A stretch of 64,000 nucleotides of DNA from an uncultured Poribacteria bacterium (GTDB lineage Bacteria > Poribacteria > WGA-4E > WGA-3G), in contig CATQHZ020000001.1 of assembly GCA_958296135.2 (NCBI GenBank), positions 2,688,001-2,752,000 of the forward strand. Reading direction: 5' to 3'. Both the position numbers and the translations under genes were made by a program. The notes beneath the pieces are model-generated. The model ran no database searches, was not told the DNA's origin, and saw only the letters and a list, made by a program, of their open reading frames with translations. This document shows, in pieces, positions 1 to 9,766 of the stretch; position 1 is the stretch's first letter, and every line of letters starts with the position of its first letter.

Positions 1-337
1 CGCCCGCGACATGGCACCCCGGAATCGCGCAGCGCGCCTCAAGGATAGGTGAAATGTCGTCCTGAAACGAAACTTTTGGCTCTTCAACTACGGGTTCAAC
101 AACATCAGGCTCTTCAACGCCCGGCTCAACAGCAGGTTGGACAGGCGGCACCGGCACTGGCGGTGGCACTGACGGTGGCGGTGGCGTAACAGGCTGGACG
201 ATATCCGTCACACCGCCCGGTTCTTCCTCAGCCAACTCGCCTTCGTCACCGCAGCTGAGCATGAAAACGGCGAGGCAGAGGCAGAGCAGAACTCGCCAAA
301 CGGAACAAAATGGATAAGTTAAACGTGAATGAATCAC
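1..337 (-). CDS. Lipoprotein with Pro-rich linker and planctomycete-type cytochrome c domain (partial, runs off window start)
   Basis: Manual translation from GTG 337 (AAGGAG upstream): MIHSRLTY...VLLCLCLAVFMLSCGD (lipobox), a P/E-rich linker, then VSFQDDISPILEARCAIPGCH. Not in the supplied ORF track. Confidence 0.7.
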   Translation of the reverse strand, partial: MIHSRLTYPFCSVWRVLLCLCLAVFMLSCGDEGELAEEEPGGVTDIVQPVTPPPPSVPPPVPVPPVQPAVEPGVEEPDVVEPVVEEPKVSFQDDISPILEARCAIPGCHVAG

Positions 338-371
338 AAGTAGTGTTCTCCTTTTTTGTAGCACCAAACCG

Positions 372-431
372 GTAGGCGCGGTTTTCAACCGCGCGCTTCA
401 CGAAACGTGCACGCTTACAAGGCGCGCCTAC
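372..431. repeat. REP-like GTAG palindrome doublet, family A (GTAGGCGCGGTTTTCAACCGCGC...GCGCGCCTAC)
   Basis: GTAG-headed GC-rich hairpin with an inverted partner; related copies at 31969, 48428, 51283, 54291. Confidence 0.75.
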
Positions 432-506
432 CGACATTTATGGATTTTCAAGCGTGTTGTCAATTTGGTCTCATATAGTATACCACCAAACGGAGGAGAT
501 ATCCAG

Positions 507-1451
507 ATGAAAATTATGATTAACACCGAGATAACCTCGGAACACCAGCAGCAGATAGAGGCGGTTTCCGAGCAGCTGCACCTCGTGCATCCACAGAATG
601 GGGCAGAGGCACTCAGCGAAATTGGCGATACCGACATCGTCTTCGGCGGTTTCAACCGCACACTATTCGAGAATGCCAAGCAACTCAAATGGGTGCAGGT
701 GCTTTCCGCTGGCGTTGATGGCCTCCTGTTCCCCGAATTCGTCAAGAGCGACGTTATCTTAACGAGCGCAAAAGGGTTCGTCGGACCGCATCTGGCAGAC
801 CAGGCGTGGGCATTAATCCTCGGCTTGCTCCGGGGCATCGGACGCTCCGTGCGCGAACGGACATGGGACAACCGCATGGCCATCAGACTCGCAACATGGG
901 AACTGAGCGAACGCACCCTCGGTATCGTCGGACTCGGCGGCACAGGGATTGACGTTGCGCGCCGCGCGCAAGGGTTTGACATGCACGTCATCGCCGTAGA
1001 CCCGGAGACAGTCGAGGCACCCGCCTTTGTCCACGAAGTGTGGCAGATGGAGCGGTTCCATGAACTCCTCGCGCAATCGGATGTCGTCGCTATCTGCGCA
1101 CCGCTGACACCGGAGACGCACGGCATGTTTGACGACGCAGCATTCCAAGCGATGCAAGCGCACGCGCTGCTCGTCAACGTCACGCGCGGCAAGATTATCG
1201 ACGGACCGGCACTGCTCCGCGCGCTTAACAATGGAAGCATCGGCGGCGCGGGGTTGGATGTTACACCCGAAGAACCGCTGCCAGCGGATAGCCCGTTGTG
1301 GGATATGCCGAACGTGATTATCACGCCGCACGTCGCCGGTGGTTCGCCGATTCGGCTAGACCGGACGGTGGGACTTTTCTGTGACAACCTCGAACGGCTT
1401 TTGGTTGGGAAACCTCTCCTCAGCGTCATTGACAAGGAGAAGGGGTATTAA
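507..1451 (+). CDS. D-2-hydroxyacid dehydrogenase (NAD-binding)
   Basis: GIVGLGGTG Rossmann motif, NVTRG, LDV..EPL, TPHVAG; ATG 507 follows GGAGGAG. Confidence 0.9.
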   Translation: MKIMINTEITSEHQQQIEAVSEQLHLVHPQNGAEALSEIGDTDIVFGGFNRTLFENAKQLKWVQVLSAGVDGLLFPEFVKSDVILTSAKGFVGPHLADQAWALILGLLRGIGRSVRERTWDNRMAIRLATWELSERTLGIVGLGGTGIDVARRAQGFDMHVIAVDPETVEAPAFVHEVWQMERFHELLAQSDVVAICAPLTPETHGMFDDAAFQAMQAHALLVNVTRGKIIDGPALLRALNNGSIGGAGLDVTPEEPLPADSPLWDMPNVIITPHVAGGSPIRLDRTVGLFCDNLERLLVGKPLLSVIDKEKGY

Positions 1452-1460
1452 TGCCAACTG

Positions 1461-1624
1461 CAGCGCGAGGGTCTGGCCCTCGCGACTAAACCTTGAGTCT
1501 GTAACGCGAGGGACAACCCGGCGATCTCGAATCGCCGAGGGTTCCCCTCGCGAACCCTTCAGCCACGAAAACCGCAGCAGAAACAACTGTTAGGGTGCGT
1601 ATCACGCCACTGCCCTCGCCCTAC
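1461..1624. repeat. Intergenic cluster of REP-like family B (GTAGCGCGAGGG...CCCTCGC), including a long nested-hairpin variant
   Basis: Palindromes at 1461-1485, 1501-1553 and 1612-1624, between convergent genes. Confidence 0.7.
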
Positions 1625-1636
1625 GGGGTAATTTGC

Positions 1637-2647
1637 TTAACTCGGTTCAGCAATTTTCACTAACTGTTTGCCGATATTGCCGCCCTTTAGCATGCTAATA
1701 AACGCAGCCGGTGCCGCTTCAATTCCGCCTTCTTCAATCGTCTCGCGGTATTTCAGTTTGCCTTGCTGCACCCATTCGCCCATCTGGACGAGAGCCTCGG
1801 CGTGCCGGTCGGCGAATTCAAAGACGAGGAATCCCTCAATCCGCGCGCGCTTCGTGATAAGATGCCACAAGAAACGCGGCCCCATCTCCGAGTTCTCCAA
1901 GTTATATTGCGAAATCTGTCCGCAGATCACGACGCGGCCCTTAAGACGCAAATTCGGAAAAACAGCATCCGTGATGCGCCCGCCGACGTTGTCAAAATAG
2001 ACATCGATGCCATCGGGACAAAGCTCTTCCAGTTTCGCCCCATAATCGCTCACGTTTTTGTAGTTAAAAGCGGCATCAAAACCGAGTTCGTCAAGGATAT
2101 AGGCGACCTTCTCGTCGCTCCCTGCGGTGCCGATGACGCGGCAGCCCTTAATCTTCGCAATCTGCCCAACGACAGAACCTACCGCGCCTGCCGCACCGGA
2201 GACGAACACCGTCTCGCCATCTTGCAGTTTGCCGACTTCAAGCAGCCCGAAGTAGGCAGTCAAACCCGGCATGCCCAGAATGCCGACACCTGTTGAGATA
2301 GGCGCGAGGCTCGGGTCGATTTTGCGAAGAGCATCGCCGCTCGCGACACCGTATTCCTGCCAGCCAATGTGCGCGTTCACAATATCGCCAACCTGAAAAT
2401 CGGCATGCTTCGACTCAACGACTTCGGCGGCGACTCCGCCTACCATAACTTCGTTGAATGCCACGTTGGCGGCGTAAGAACGCGCTTGGTTCATCCGGCC
2501 CCTCATATAGGGGTCGACAGAAAGGTAAAGGGTTTTGACTAACACTTGTCCGTCTTCCGGCGTAGGAATCGGGGCTTCTACCAACTTAAAGTCAGATTCT
2601 TTCGGGTAGCCGACAGGACGTGCGGCTAAGGTAATTTGTCTATTCAT
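1637..2647 (-). CDS. NADP-dependent oxidoreductase (CurA/prostaglandin reductase-like MDR)
   Basis: YLSVDPYMRGRM, GMPGLTAYFGL, SGAAGAVG, YFDNVGG, GGNIGKQLV. Confidence 0.92.
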   Translation of the reverse strand: MNRQITLAARPVGYPKESDFKLVEAPIPTPEDGQVLVKTLYLSVDPYMRGRMNQARSYAANVAFNEVMVGGVAAEVVESKHADFQVGDIVNAHIGWQEYGVASGDALRKIDPSLAPISTGVGILGMPGLTAYFGLLEVGKLQDGETVFVSGAAGAVGSVVGQIAKIKGCRVIGTAGSDEKVAYILDELGFDAAFNYKNVSDYGAKLEELCPDGIDVYFDNVGGRITDAVFPNLRLKGRVVICGQISQYNLENSEMGPRFLWHLITKRARIEGFLVFEFADRHAEALVQMGEWVQQGKLKYRETIEEGGIEAAPAAFISMLKGGNIGKQLVKIAEPS

Positions 2648-2675
2648 ATTAGTCTCCTATAGACTGTTCATCAGC

Positions 2676-2935
2676 AACCGTAGGAGAGACCTCCCGGTCT
2701 CGATGCACGAACCGTAGGAGAGACCTCCTGTCTCAAACCGTAGGAGAGACCTCCTGGTCTCGATGCACACATAAACCGTAGGAGAGACCTCCCGTCTCAA
2801 ACCGTAGGAGAGACCTCCTGGTCTCGATGCACGCATGAACCGTAGGAGAGACCTCCTGGTCTCGATGCACGCATGAACCGTAGGAGAGACCTCCTGGTCT
2901 CGATGCACGCATGAACCGCAGGAGCTCGCTCCTAC
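2676..2935. repeat. Tandem array of 7 REP-like units (AACCGTAGGAGAGACCTCC(C/T)GGTCTCGA...) plus a terminal inverted unit
   Basis: Direct 26-38 bp units with a GAGACC/GGTCTC hairpin. Linkers are near-identical, so this is not CRISPR. Confidence 0.9.
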
Positions 2936-3654
2936 CGGGTGTTGAATTGAACGGCATCTTCGCCGTGGATGACGACGAGTTCGTGCAACGGCGCATCCCA
3001 CTCCAGCACTTTGACAATCGGGACGATGACGCGCACCGCCAAGCCGATGCGCCGTTTATCGGAACAATTCGCATCGGAATGATGCAGCGTCCGTTCGTTG
3101 AAGAGCACAAATTCGCCGGGTTGCATCTCCAGATTAACGCAACTGCTGGTGTCAATGAACCCCAAATCGCCCATCTGGTTGAATGCCATCTCGGATGTCG
3201 CCTTCACGTGCGGCACCACCTTGCGGTGTGAACCCGGGAGAATCTGGAGGCAACTATTTTCTAAGGTCGCGGCATCGATGGCAATCCACGCCGAGATGAT
3301 AATGGGCGGCTCAAGGGGCCAGTAGTTAAAGTCTTGGTGCCACGGAATTTCCTTCGCGCCCGGCTCCTTGACGAAGAAATTGGTGCGCCAGAGCAGCAGA
3401 TCTGGCCCGTAGAGGGCCGCCATCCGTGTGACAATAGCAGGATGCGTAGCAAACTCGTGAATCAACCGATGATCGAGATGGCGGTTATGTTCTCTCACTT
3501 TATGATCGGGTGCATCCGTTTTCAGCACCTTCTCAATTTCGGGTTGCATATTCCGCATCTCGTCAGGGCTGCAGAGGGTGTAAGGACCGAGGTAACCCTG
3601 CTTCCGAAACTGGTCCATCTCCGCGCAGCTTAACTGATAGTTTGTATGTGGCAT
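2932..3654 (-). CDS. Phytanoyl-CoA dioxygenase (PhyH) family Fe(II)/2OG oxygenase
   Basis: IPWHQD facial-triad motif, WIAID, LHHS..N...RR. Confidence 0.9.
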   Translation of the reverse strand: MPHTNYQLSCAEMDQFRKQGYLGPYTLCSPDEMRNMQPEIEKVLKTDAPDHKVREHNRHLDHRLIHEFATHPAIVTRMAALYGPDLLLWRTNFFVKEPGAKEIPWHQDFNYWPLEPPIIISAWIAIDAATLENSCLQILPGSHRKVVPHVKATSEMAFNQMGDLGFIDTSSCVNLEMQPGEFVLFNERTLHHSDANCSDKRRIGLAVRVIVPIVKVLEWDAPLHELVVIHGEDAVQFNTR

Positions 3655-3718
3655 AGCGTGTTATCCTCACTCATCTCTCGGGAGGCGCGCTTACAAAACG
3701 CAACGACTCCGTGGTTTC

Positions 3719-3747
3719 AGTATATCATTAAAACTATTACGTGTCAA
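3719..3747 (-). promoter_or_regulatory. Sigma70-like promoter of phyH
   Basis: Minus strand TTGACA-17-TATACT. Confidence 0.7.
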
Positions 3748-3759
3748 ATCAGCCGGAGC

Positions 3760-3868
3760 ACGGCGAGGGAAACCCTCGGCGATTCGTGATCGCCGGGCCC
3801 TCGCCCTACGTGCCGCGGACGGTTTTCGGGATGACCGGAGCACGGCGAGGGACAAGCCCTCGCCCTAC
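3760..3868. repeat. Two REP-like family B units in a tandem-duplicated context
   Basis: ccggagcacggcgaggga...ccctcgccctac occurs twice (ends at 3809 and 3868). Confidence 0.7.
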
Positions 3869-3881
3869 GGTTACGATGTGT

Positions 3882-4916
3882 CTACTGACAGACATGCACC
3901 TTAATCGCGCCAGAGGTTTTATCGGCGGAGACGCGGAACGCCTCCTCAATCTCATCAAGCCGGTAATGGTGCGTTACCAACTTTGTCGCATCAACCTTCC
4001 CCGAAGAGATGAGTTCGATCGCCGCCTCAAAGTCAGTCTCCATCCCACTATAGCCGTAGCAGTTCGAGCCGGTGATAAACGCCTCTGACCAGACGATAGT
4101 GGAGAGGTTCACCTCCAGCGGTTTGTAATACCCCGCGACGAGGACGACAGCCCCCTGCTTCCGCACGATAGTCGTGGCGATATTGAAGTTCTCCGCGCCG
4201 CCTACCGTCTCTATCACCGCGTCAAAACCGATACCGTCCGTGATGTCCTTGACATATTCGCGCACATCGGTGTTACCGACGTTAACAACGTGGTCCGCGC
4301 CGAGAGTCTTCGCTAATTCCGCCTGCTGTTCATATTTTACCGTGATCAACGTCTCCTTAATCCCCGCGGCGACTGCATCGGCTAGGCAAAATTGCCCGAT
4401 GGTGCCGCCGCCAATAATGGCGATGCTGTCGCGCGAATTCGCACCGGTACGCGCAACTGCACGGTGTGACACAGCCAACGGTTCAACCAGCGCGCCCTCC
4501 TCAAACGTCATCGTACCCGGCAGTTTAAACAGCCCAGAGTGGTGCGTCGCGGTGTATTCGGCGAAACCACCGTGCATATTCGGGGAGATCCACGCCCGGT
4601 TACCGCACAGATTATACTGCCCGGTCTCGCAATATTTGCACGTGCCGCAGTGCGAGAAACATTCCACCGCGACTTTGTCCCCGATTTCAAAATCGGTAAC
4701 GCCATCGCCGAGTTTCATGACTGTACCGCAGGTCTCGTGGCCAGCGGCGTGCTCATGCGACTGTCCCCAATGCCCAAAGTAACTGTGCAGGTCGCTGCCA
4801 CAAATGCCGGTCTGCCTGGTATCAACAAGCACATAGCCGGGAGGGGGTTCGTTCCGTTCGACTTCTCGAATCGCAATCTGCTCAATGCCGGTGTAGATAG
4901 CGGCTTTCATTTTCAT
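3882..4916 (-). CDS. Zn-dependent alcohol/polyol dehydrogenase (MDR)
   Basis: GICGSDLH, GHE, structural Zn C-x2-C-x2-C-x7-C, GGGTIG; ATG 4916 follows AGGAGG. Confidence 0.9.
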   Translation of the reverse strand: MKMKAAIYTGIEQIAIREVERNEPPPGYVLVDTRQTGICGSDLHSYFGHWGQSHEHAAGHETCGTVMKLGDGVTDFEIGDKVAVECFSHCGTCKYCETGQYNLCGNRAWISPNMHGGFAEYTATHHSGLFKLPGTMTFEEGALVEPLAVSHRAVARTGANSRDSIAIIGGGTIGQFCLADAVAAGIKETLITVKYEQQAELAKTLGADHVVNVGNTDVREYVKDITDGIGFDAVIETVGGAENFNIATTIVRKQGAVVLVAGYYKPLEVNLSTIVWSEAFITGSNCYGYSGMETDFEAAIELISSGKVDATKLVTHHYRLDEIEEAFRVSADKTSGAIKVHVCQ

Positions 4917-4969
4917 GAGCGGTTCCTCCTTTTTTGGCAGGCGCGCTTTCAAAGCGCGCTTACAAGGAT

Positions 4970-6625
4970 TTACGATAACTCTAAAACTCGTTTCCGGATC
5001 TCTCGCTTATCGGATTTTCCAACGCCGGTCTGCGGGATTTCATCAACAAAGATAAACCGGTCCGGGATCCAAAACTTCGGGAACTGTTTGGCGAGGCGCG
5101 CTTTCAATTGCGCAGGCTTGATTTCCGCTTCGTCCGGTTCACAGACAACAACGGCAACGGGACGCTCGCCCCACTTCTCGTCAGGAACACCAAGAACGGC
5201 GGCATTGAGAACCTGTGGATGCGCCATCAACGCAGTCTCCAGCGCGACGCTTGAAATAGACTCGCCGCCGCTCCGAATCAGTGCCTTTGCTCTATCAACA
5301 ATCTGCACATAACCCTCGGCATTGATAGTCGCAATGTCACCGGTGCGTAACCACCCATCTGCCGTGAAATGTTCCGCTGTCGGCTCTGTTTTGTAATAAC
5401 GACTCACTGTCCATGGACTTCTCACTTGCAGTTCGCCTATCGTCTCGCCATCCCAAGGTAGTTCCGCCGAGGAAGAATCAGCACTCACCGTAGGCGCGGT
5501 TTGCAACCCTGTTACTTCTGCAAGCCGAATCTCCACACCTGGCACCGGTCTGCCTTGCATCGCTTTTACCTTCCACTTTTCAGCTTCCGACAGGTTCTGG
5601 TGTGCACGGCGTAGCATTGATAGCGTCCCGGTGGGCGACATCTCTGTCATCCCCCAGGCGTGGCGCACCTCAACCCCAAGTTCCTGTTCGTAGGCCTCGA
5701 TGAGCCTCGGCGGCATCGCTTCGCCGCCAACGATAATTTGCCGCAGTGAGGCACTATCCTGCGCGCGGCTTCGCAATTCGGGATACGCTTGTCCCCAGAC
5801 AGCGGGCACCCCCGCCGCAACGGTTACCCCTGTTTCAGCGATGAGATGCGCAATCCGCGCAGGTTTGGCACCGCCAGGCAGCACCAGATCTGCGCCTGCA
5901 AATAGGGCGGCATACGGCACGCCCCACGCCATCGCGTGGAACATCGGAACAAACGGCATCACGACATCTGCCTCCGTGAATCCAAACACATCTGCCTGAT
6001 TGACTGCCATCGTGTGGAGGAACATGGAACGGTGCGTGTAGAGGACACCGCGCGGTTCACCACTCGTCCCGCTCGTGTAGCAGAGCCCCATCGCCCAGTT
6101 TTCGTCCCGAATATCCCACGCGTCAGTTTCATCTGCTGCAGCGATAAGTGCCTCATACTCGTCTGAATCGGATGCCTGCTCAGGCGAACCCGAGCCCCTA
6201 AAAAAGATACTGGGCAGGCAGCCGATTTCTTTCTGCAATCCTTCAAACCGCGAGGCAAATCTGCCATCCACAAAAATGAGTTTATCCTCCGCCTCGCGCA
6301 CAATCTCGGCGAGTTGGGCAGCGGCGAGACGCACATTGAGCGGATGAAGCACCGCGCCGATGCACGGAATCGCGTAATAGAGCTCTAGGTGCTGATATGT
6401 GTTCGCGGCGTAAGTCGCCACCCTGTCGCCCGGCCGGATGCCGAGTTGGACGAGAACGTTCGCCAACCGCCGGACGCGGCAATAAAACTCGGCGTAGGTA
6501 TAGCGATGTTTGGGCTCAGGCGAGCCCGAACTACACGCCGTCACGCCTTTATCACCGTGGATGCGGTGTGCATGTTCTAAAATCCGCGCGAGTGTCAATG
6601 GATAGTTCATCATCGAGCCGTGCAT
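4970..6625 (-). CDS. Fatty-acid--CoA ligase (AlkK/DmdB-like AMP-binding enzyme)
   Basis: YTSGTSGEPRG, PMFHAMAWG, AWGMTE, TGD, DRAKALIRSGGE; start MHGSMMNYPL at 6625 with RBS. Confidence 0.9.
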   Translation of the reverse strand: MHGSMMNYPLTLARILEHAHRIHGDKGVTACSSGSPEPKHRYTYAEFYCRVRRLANVLVQLGIRPGDRVATYAANTYQHLELYYAIPCIGAVLHPLNVRLAAAQLAEIVREAEDKLIFVDGRFASRFEGLQKEIGCLPSIFFRGSGSPEQASDSDEYEALIAAADETDAWDIRDENWAMGLCYTSGTSGEPRGVLYTHRSMFLHTMAVNQADVFGFTEADVVMPFVPMFHAMAWGVPYAALFAGADLVLPGGAKPARIAHLIAETGVTVAAGVPAVWGQAYPELRSRAQDSASLRQIIVGGEAMPPRLIEAYEQELGVEVRHAWGMTEMSPTGTLSMLRRAHQNLSEAEKWKVKAMQGRPVPGVEIRLAEVTGLQTAPTVSADSSSAELPWDGETIGELQVRSPWTVSRYYKTEPTAEHFTADGWLRTGDIATINAEGYVQIVDRAKALIRSGGESISSVALETALMAHPQVLNAAVLGVPDEKWGERPVAVVVCEPDEAEIKPAQLKARLAKQFPKFWIPDRFIFVDEIPQTGVGKSDKREIRKRVLELS

Positions 6626-6654
6626 GTCTCTCCTCGGACAAAAAAAATCAAAAT

Positions 6655-6683
6655 TTGACATTGGCACTTTTGCAAGGTATAAT
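6655..6683 (+). promoter_or_regulatory. Consensus sigma70 promoter of the TonB-dependent receptor
   Basis: TTGACA-17-TATAAT exact match. Confidence 0.85.
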
Positions 6684-6748
6684 TTATCATAACACAAAAC
6701 GATGATGATGTGTAACAAAAAATCGTTACCATCCTCATATCACCTGAT

Positions 6749-9559
6749 TTGAAACATGGAGGACATATTTTGGAAATACTCAATAAATGCCATTGGTGCG
6801 TTTTCGCCATTTTGTTGTTCGGACTCGCATCAGTAATGTCACCGACTGCCAGCGCAGATGCACTCAAGGTAGTCGTGCAAGACCAGGGTGGCAGTGCTAT
6901 CTCCGGCGCGAAAGTCACCGTAGGTTCCGAAACACAAACAACAGACGATGACGGTGCCGCGACGTTCAGCGACGTGCTCGGGGCACAGACATTGATGGTT
7001 ACCGCTGTTGGATTCTCCAGCGAGCGGCTTAACTTTGCCGCCGGACAGACTGAAGCAACAGTCAGGCTCTCGCCTATCCAGACTGTGCAATCGGTTGTCG
7101 TGGTAGGCACCCGGAGCATCGGGCGTCGCGCGTTGCAGGCACCCGTGCCGATTGATGTCGTGAACCGCGAGCAACTCAGCCTCACCGGCCAATCCGAAAC
7201 CGGCAGAATCCTGCAGATGTTAGTGCCTTCCTTTAACTTTTCCAGCTCAACTATCAGTGACGGCACGGACGCGTTGCGTCCTGCAACTTTGCGAGGCTTA
7301 GGCCCAGATCAGACGCTGGTCCTCATCAACGGCAAACGCCGCCACAAAAGCGCGCTGCTTCACGTCAACACGTCCGTAGGCCGCGGCACAGCGGGGACAG
7401 ATTTCAACGCTATTCCGGCATCCGCGATTGAGCGCATCGAGGTGCTACGCGACGGTGCAGCCGCACAATACGGCTCCGATGCCATTGCAGGTGTCATTAA
7501 CATCGTGCTGAAAGACGCGGTGGATACAGGCGATGCCAACGTCTACTGGGGACAAACTTATGAAAGCGACGGCGATACGTGGATCGGGAATGCCAACTAC
7601 GGCATGAAAGTCGGCGAATCCGGTTTCATCAATCTGACAGCAGAATGGCGCGATAGAGTCCGCACCAACCGCGCAGGCCTCACCGGCACGCAACAATACG
7701 ACTGGGTTGAAACCGACCCGGGCAGACCGGCAGACCACATGCTTGAAATCGAAAACGATGACGGCACCGTAACAGCAAAGCCGGTCTGGTTCGACTCGCG
7801 CGAATACACGTTTGAACGGCAGAACTTCCGCATCGGCGACGCGGATGCCTCACAGAAAGTCGGGTTTTACAACTTCGGACTGCCGCTGCTGGAAGGATTG
7901 GAGCTCTACTCGTTTGGTGGCTACTCCACCCGCCAAAACAATAGTGCAGGCTTCTATCGCCGAGCCAATCAAGCAAGCCGAACCGTCACGGAGATTTATC
8001 CAGACGGATTCCTGCCAGAGATTAACACGGATATTGAAGATGTCTCCGTCGCTTTAGGCATAGCATGGGAACACGAAGAGTCAAACTTGGGCGTAGACCT
8101 CAGTCTCAATCACGGGTTGAACACGTTTGACTTTTTCATCTCCAACTCGCTGAACGCCTCCTACGGGCCCGGCAGTCCGACTTCCGCTGAGGCAGGCGGT
8201 TTTAGCCTCTCCCAGACCGCGTTTAACTTGGATGTTACCTATCCGCTAGCGTATCAATCCTCGCTTGTTAATTTGGCCGGCGGTGTGGAATTCCGGCGCG
8301 AAGGGTACGGCATCCACGCGGGGGAACCGCTCTCGTGGATTAATGCCGGGCGCGGCGTTGATAGCGCGGCGAGCGGCATCCAGGTATTCCCCGGCTTCCG
8401 CCCTGATAACGAAGTCGATGAAAGCCGCACGAATATTGCCGGATACGCCGATTTTGAATCGTATCTCAGCGGTGTGCCAGGCACAGGCGTGCTTGTCGGC
8501 GCGGCAGTACGCGGTGAACAGTACAGCGACTTCGGCACTACCGTCACGGGTAAGGCAACCGCACGCTATGATATGACACAGCAAGTTGCCGTGCGCGCCG
8601 CGGGAAGCACCGGCTTCCGCGCGCCTTCACTGCAACAACTCTACTTCAACAACATTAGCACGCAGTTCAAGGTAGATGCCGATGATGTTGATGGCGATGG
8701 CAACACCGATGAGCTCATCGCGCTTGAAGTCGGCACGTTCCGTAACGACAGTGATGCAGCACGAGCCCTCGGCATCCCCGAACTCAAAGAGGAAACCGCG
8801 TTCAACGTCTCCGGCGGTGTCGTCTTAAAACCGGTTCAGAATCTGTGGGTAACTGTGGATGGCTTCCTGATTCAAATCGATGACCGGATTGTCATCAGTA
8901 GCAGTTTCAGCGCGGATAAGGTTCCCGCGCTAGCGGCCGCGGGGGCCAGCAGCGCGCAGGTTTTCACGAACGTCGCGCAAACCCGGACGACTGGCGTGGA
9001 CTTAGCCGCCGGCTACCTCTACGCTTTTGAAAATGAGAATCTGTTGAATCTGAAAATCGCCGCAACGTGGGCTGACACCCAAGTCATCGGTGACGTGGAT
9101 GCACCGCAAATTCTCGTTGGACTTGAGGATACGCTCTTTCCATCGCAGGAACGCTCCATGATAGAGGAATGGCAGCCGAACACGCGCATTAATCTCAGCG
9201 CGGATTACATCGTCGGCCCCCTCACAATTGGCACTGCATTGCGTTACTTCGGGAGTTACACTGTCCAAGAAGGAAGTGGCGATGACCCGGCCCGTCAAAC
9301 CTACGGCGGCAAATGGCTCACCGATATCCAGACGAACTACCGGTTGAACGAAGGCTTGTCGCTGACTATCGGTGCCAACAACCTGTTCGATCAGGTACCC
9401 GACTTGAACGAGATCGGTCAGTCGCGAGGTGGCACGTTAACGGACAGCACTGGGCATGTCATCGTTGATTCGCCGGGTGTGTTCACTTATTCGCGTCGTT
9501 CTGCGCCGTTCGGTTTCAACGGCGGGCTTTACTACGCGAAGTTGTCGTATAACTTCTAA
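6749..9559 (+). CDS. TonB-dependent outer membrane receptor
   Basis: Signal peptide, N-terminal extension, plug motifs (LRGLGPDQTLVLINGKR, IERIEVLRDGAAAQYGSDAIAGVINI), C-terminal Phe. Start may be TTG 6770. Confidence 0.93.
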   Translation: MKHGGHILEILNKCHWCVFAILLFGLASVMSPTASADALKVVVQDQGGSAISGAKVTVGSETQTTDDDGAATFSDVLGAQTLMVTAVGFSSERLNFAAGQTEATVRLSPIQTVQSVVVVGTRSIGRRALQAPVPIDVVNREQLSLTGQSETGRILQMLVPSFNFSSSTISDGTDALRPATLRGLGPDQTLVLINGKRRHKSALLHVNTSVGRGTAGTDFNAIPASAIERIEVLRDGAAAQYGSDAIAGVINIVLKDAVDTGDANVYWGQTYESDGDTWIGNANYGMKVGESGFINLTAEWRDRVRTNRAGLTGTQQYDWVETDPGRPADHMLEIENDDGTVTAKPVWFDSREYTFERQNFRIGDADASQKVGFYNFGLPLLEGLELYSFGGYSTRQNNSAGFYRRANQASRTVTEIYPDGFLPEINTDIEDVSVALGIAWEHEESNLGVDLSLNHGLNTFDFFISNSLNASYGPGSPTSAEAGGFSLSQTAFNLDVTYPLAYQSSLVNLAGGVEFRREGYGIHAGEPLSWINAGRGVDSAASGIQVFPGFRPDNEVDESRTNIAGYADFESYLSGVPGTGVLVGAAVRGEQYSDFGTTVTGKATARYDMTQQVAVRAAGSTGFRAPSLQQLYFNNISTQFKVDADDVDGDGNTDELIALEVGTFRNDSDAARALGIPELKEETAFNVSGGVVLKPVQNLWVTVDGFLIQIDDRIVISSSFSADKVPALAAAGASSAQVFTNVAQTRTTGVDLAAGYLYAFENENLLNLKIAATWADTQVIGDVDAPQILVGLEDTLFPSQERSMIEEWQPNTRINLSADYIVGPLTIGTALRYFGSYTVQEGSGDDPARQTYGGKWLTDIQTNYRLNEGLSLTIGANNLFDQVPDLNEIGQSRGGTLTDSTGHVIVDSPGVFTYSRRSAPFGFNGGLYYAKLSYNF

Positions 9560-9571
9560 AAAGTTTCTACG

Positions 9572-9612
9572 GCTATCCGGCCTGCTGGTGAGTGGGCCGG
9601 ATAGCTTCCTCT
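9572..9612 (+). terminator. Hairpin downstream of the TonB receptor (possible intrinsic terminator)
   Basis: GCTATCCGGCC/GGCCGGATAGC 11-bp stem followed by a pyrimidine tract. Confidence 0.5.
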
Positions 9613-9766
9613 TCCTGCTCACCAACTTCCCTATCTCACACCGTAGGGCGAGGGACTGTCCCTCGCCGAGTGCCGTTTTCCCAGAAACCGTTCCTCAGTC
9701 CGCAGATAGACTGCCATGAAATCGTAACTTTTGGTAGTCACGCTTTCAAGCGCGGCGCGCGTGCCG

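Noticed and set aside
428-1435. 335-aa minus ORF, and similar shadow ORFs (17518..18525, 19265..20161, 46025..46789)
   Set aside because: Antisense to well-supported genes, with no recognisable motifs.
2676-2935. CRISPR array
   Set aside because: The linkers are short and near-identical rather than unique spacers, no cas genes are present, and the unit is a GTAG REP-type hairpin found elsewhere in the window.
2932-3654. SyrB2-like halogenase
   Set aside because: It retains HQD, the hydroxylase-type facial triad.
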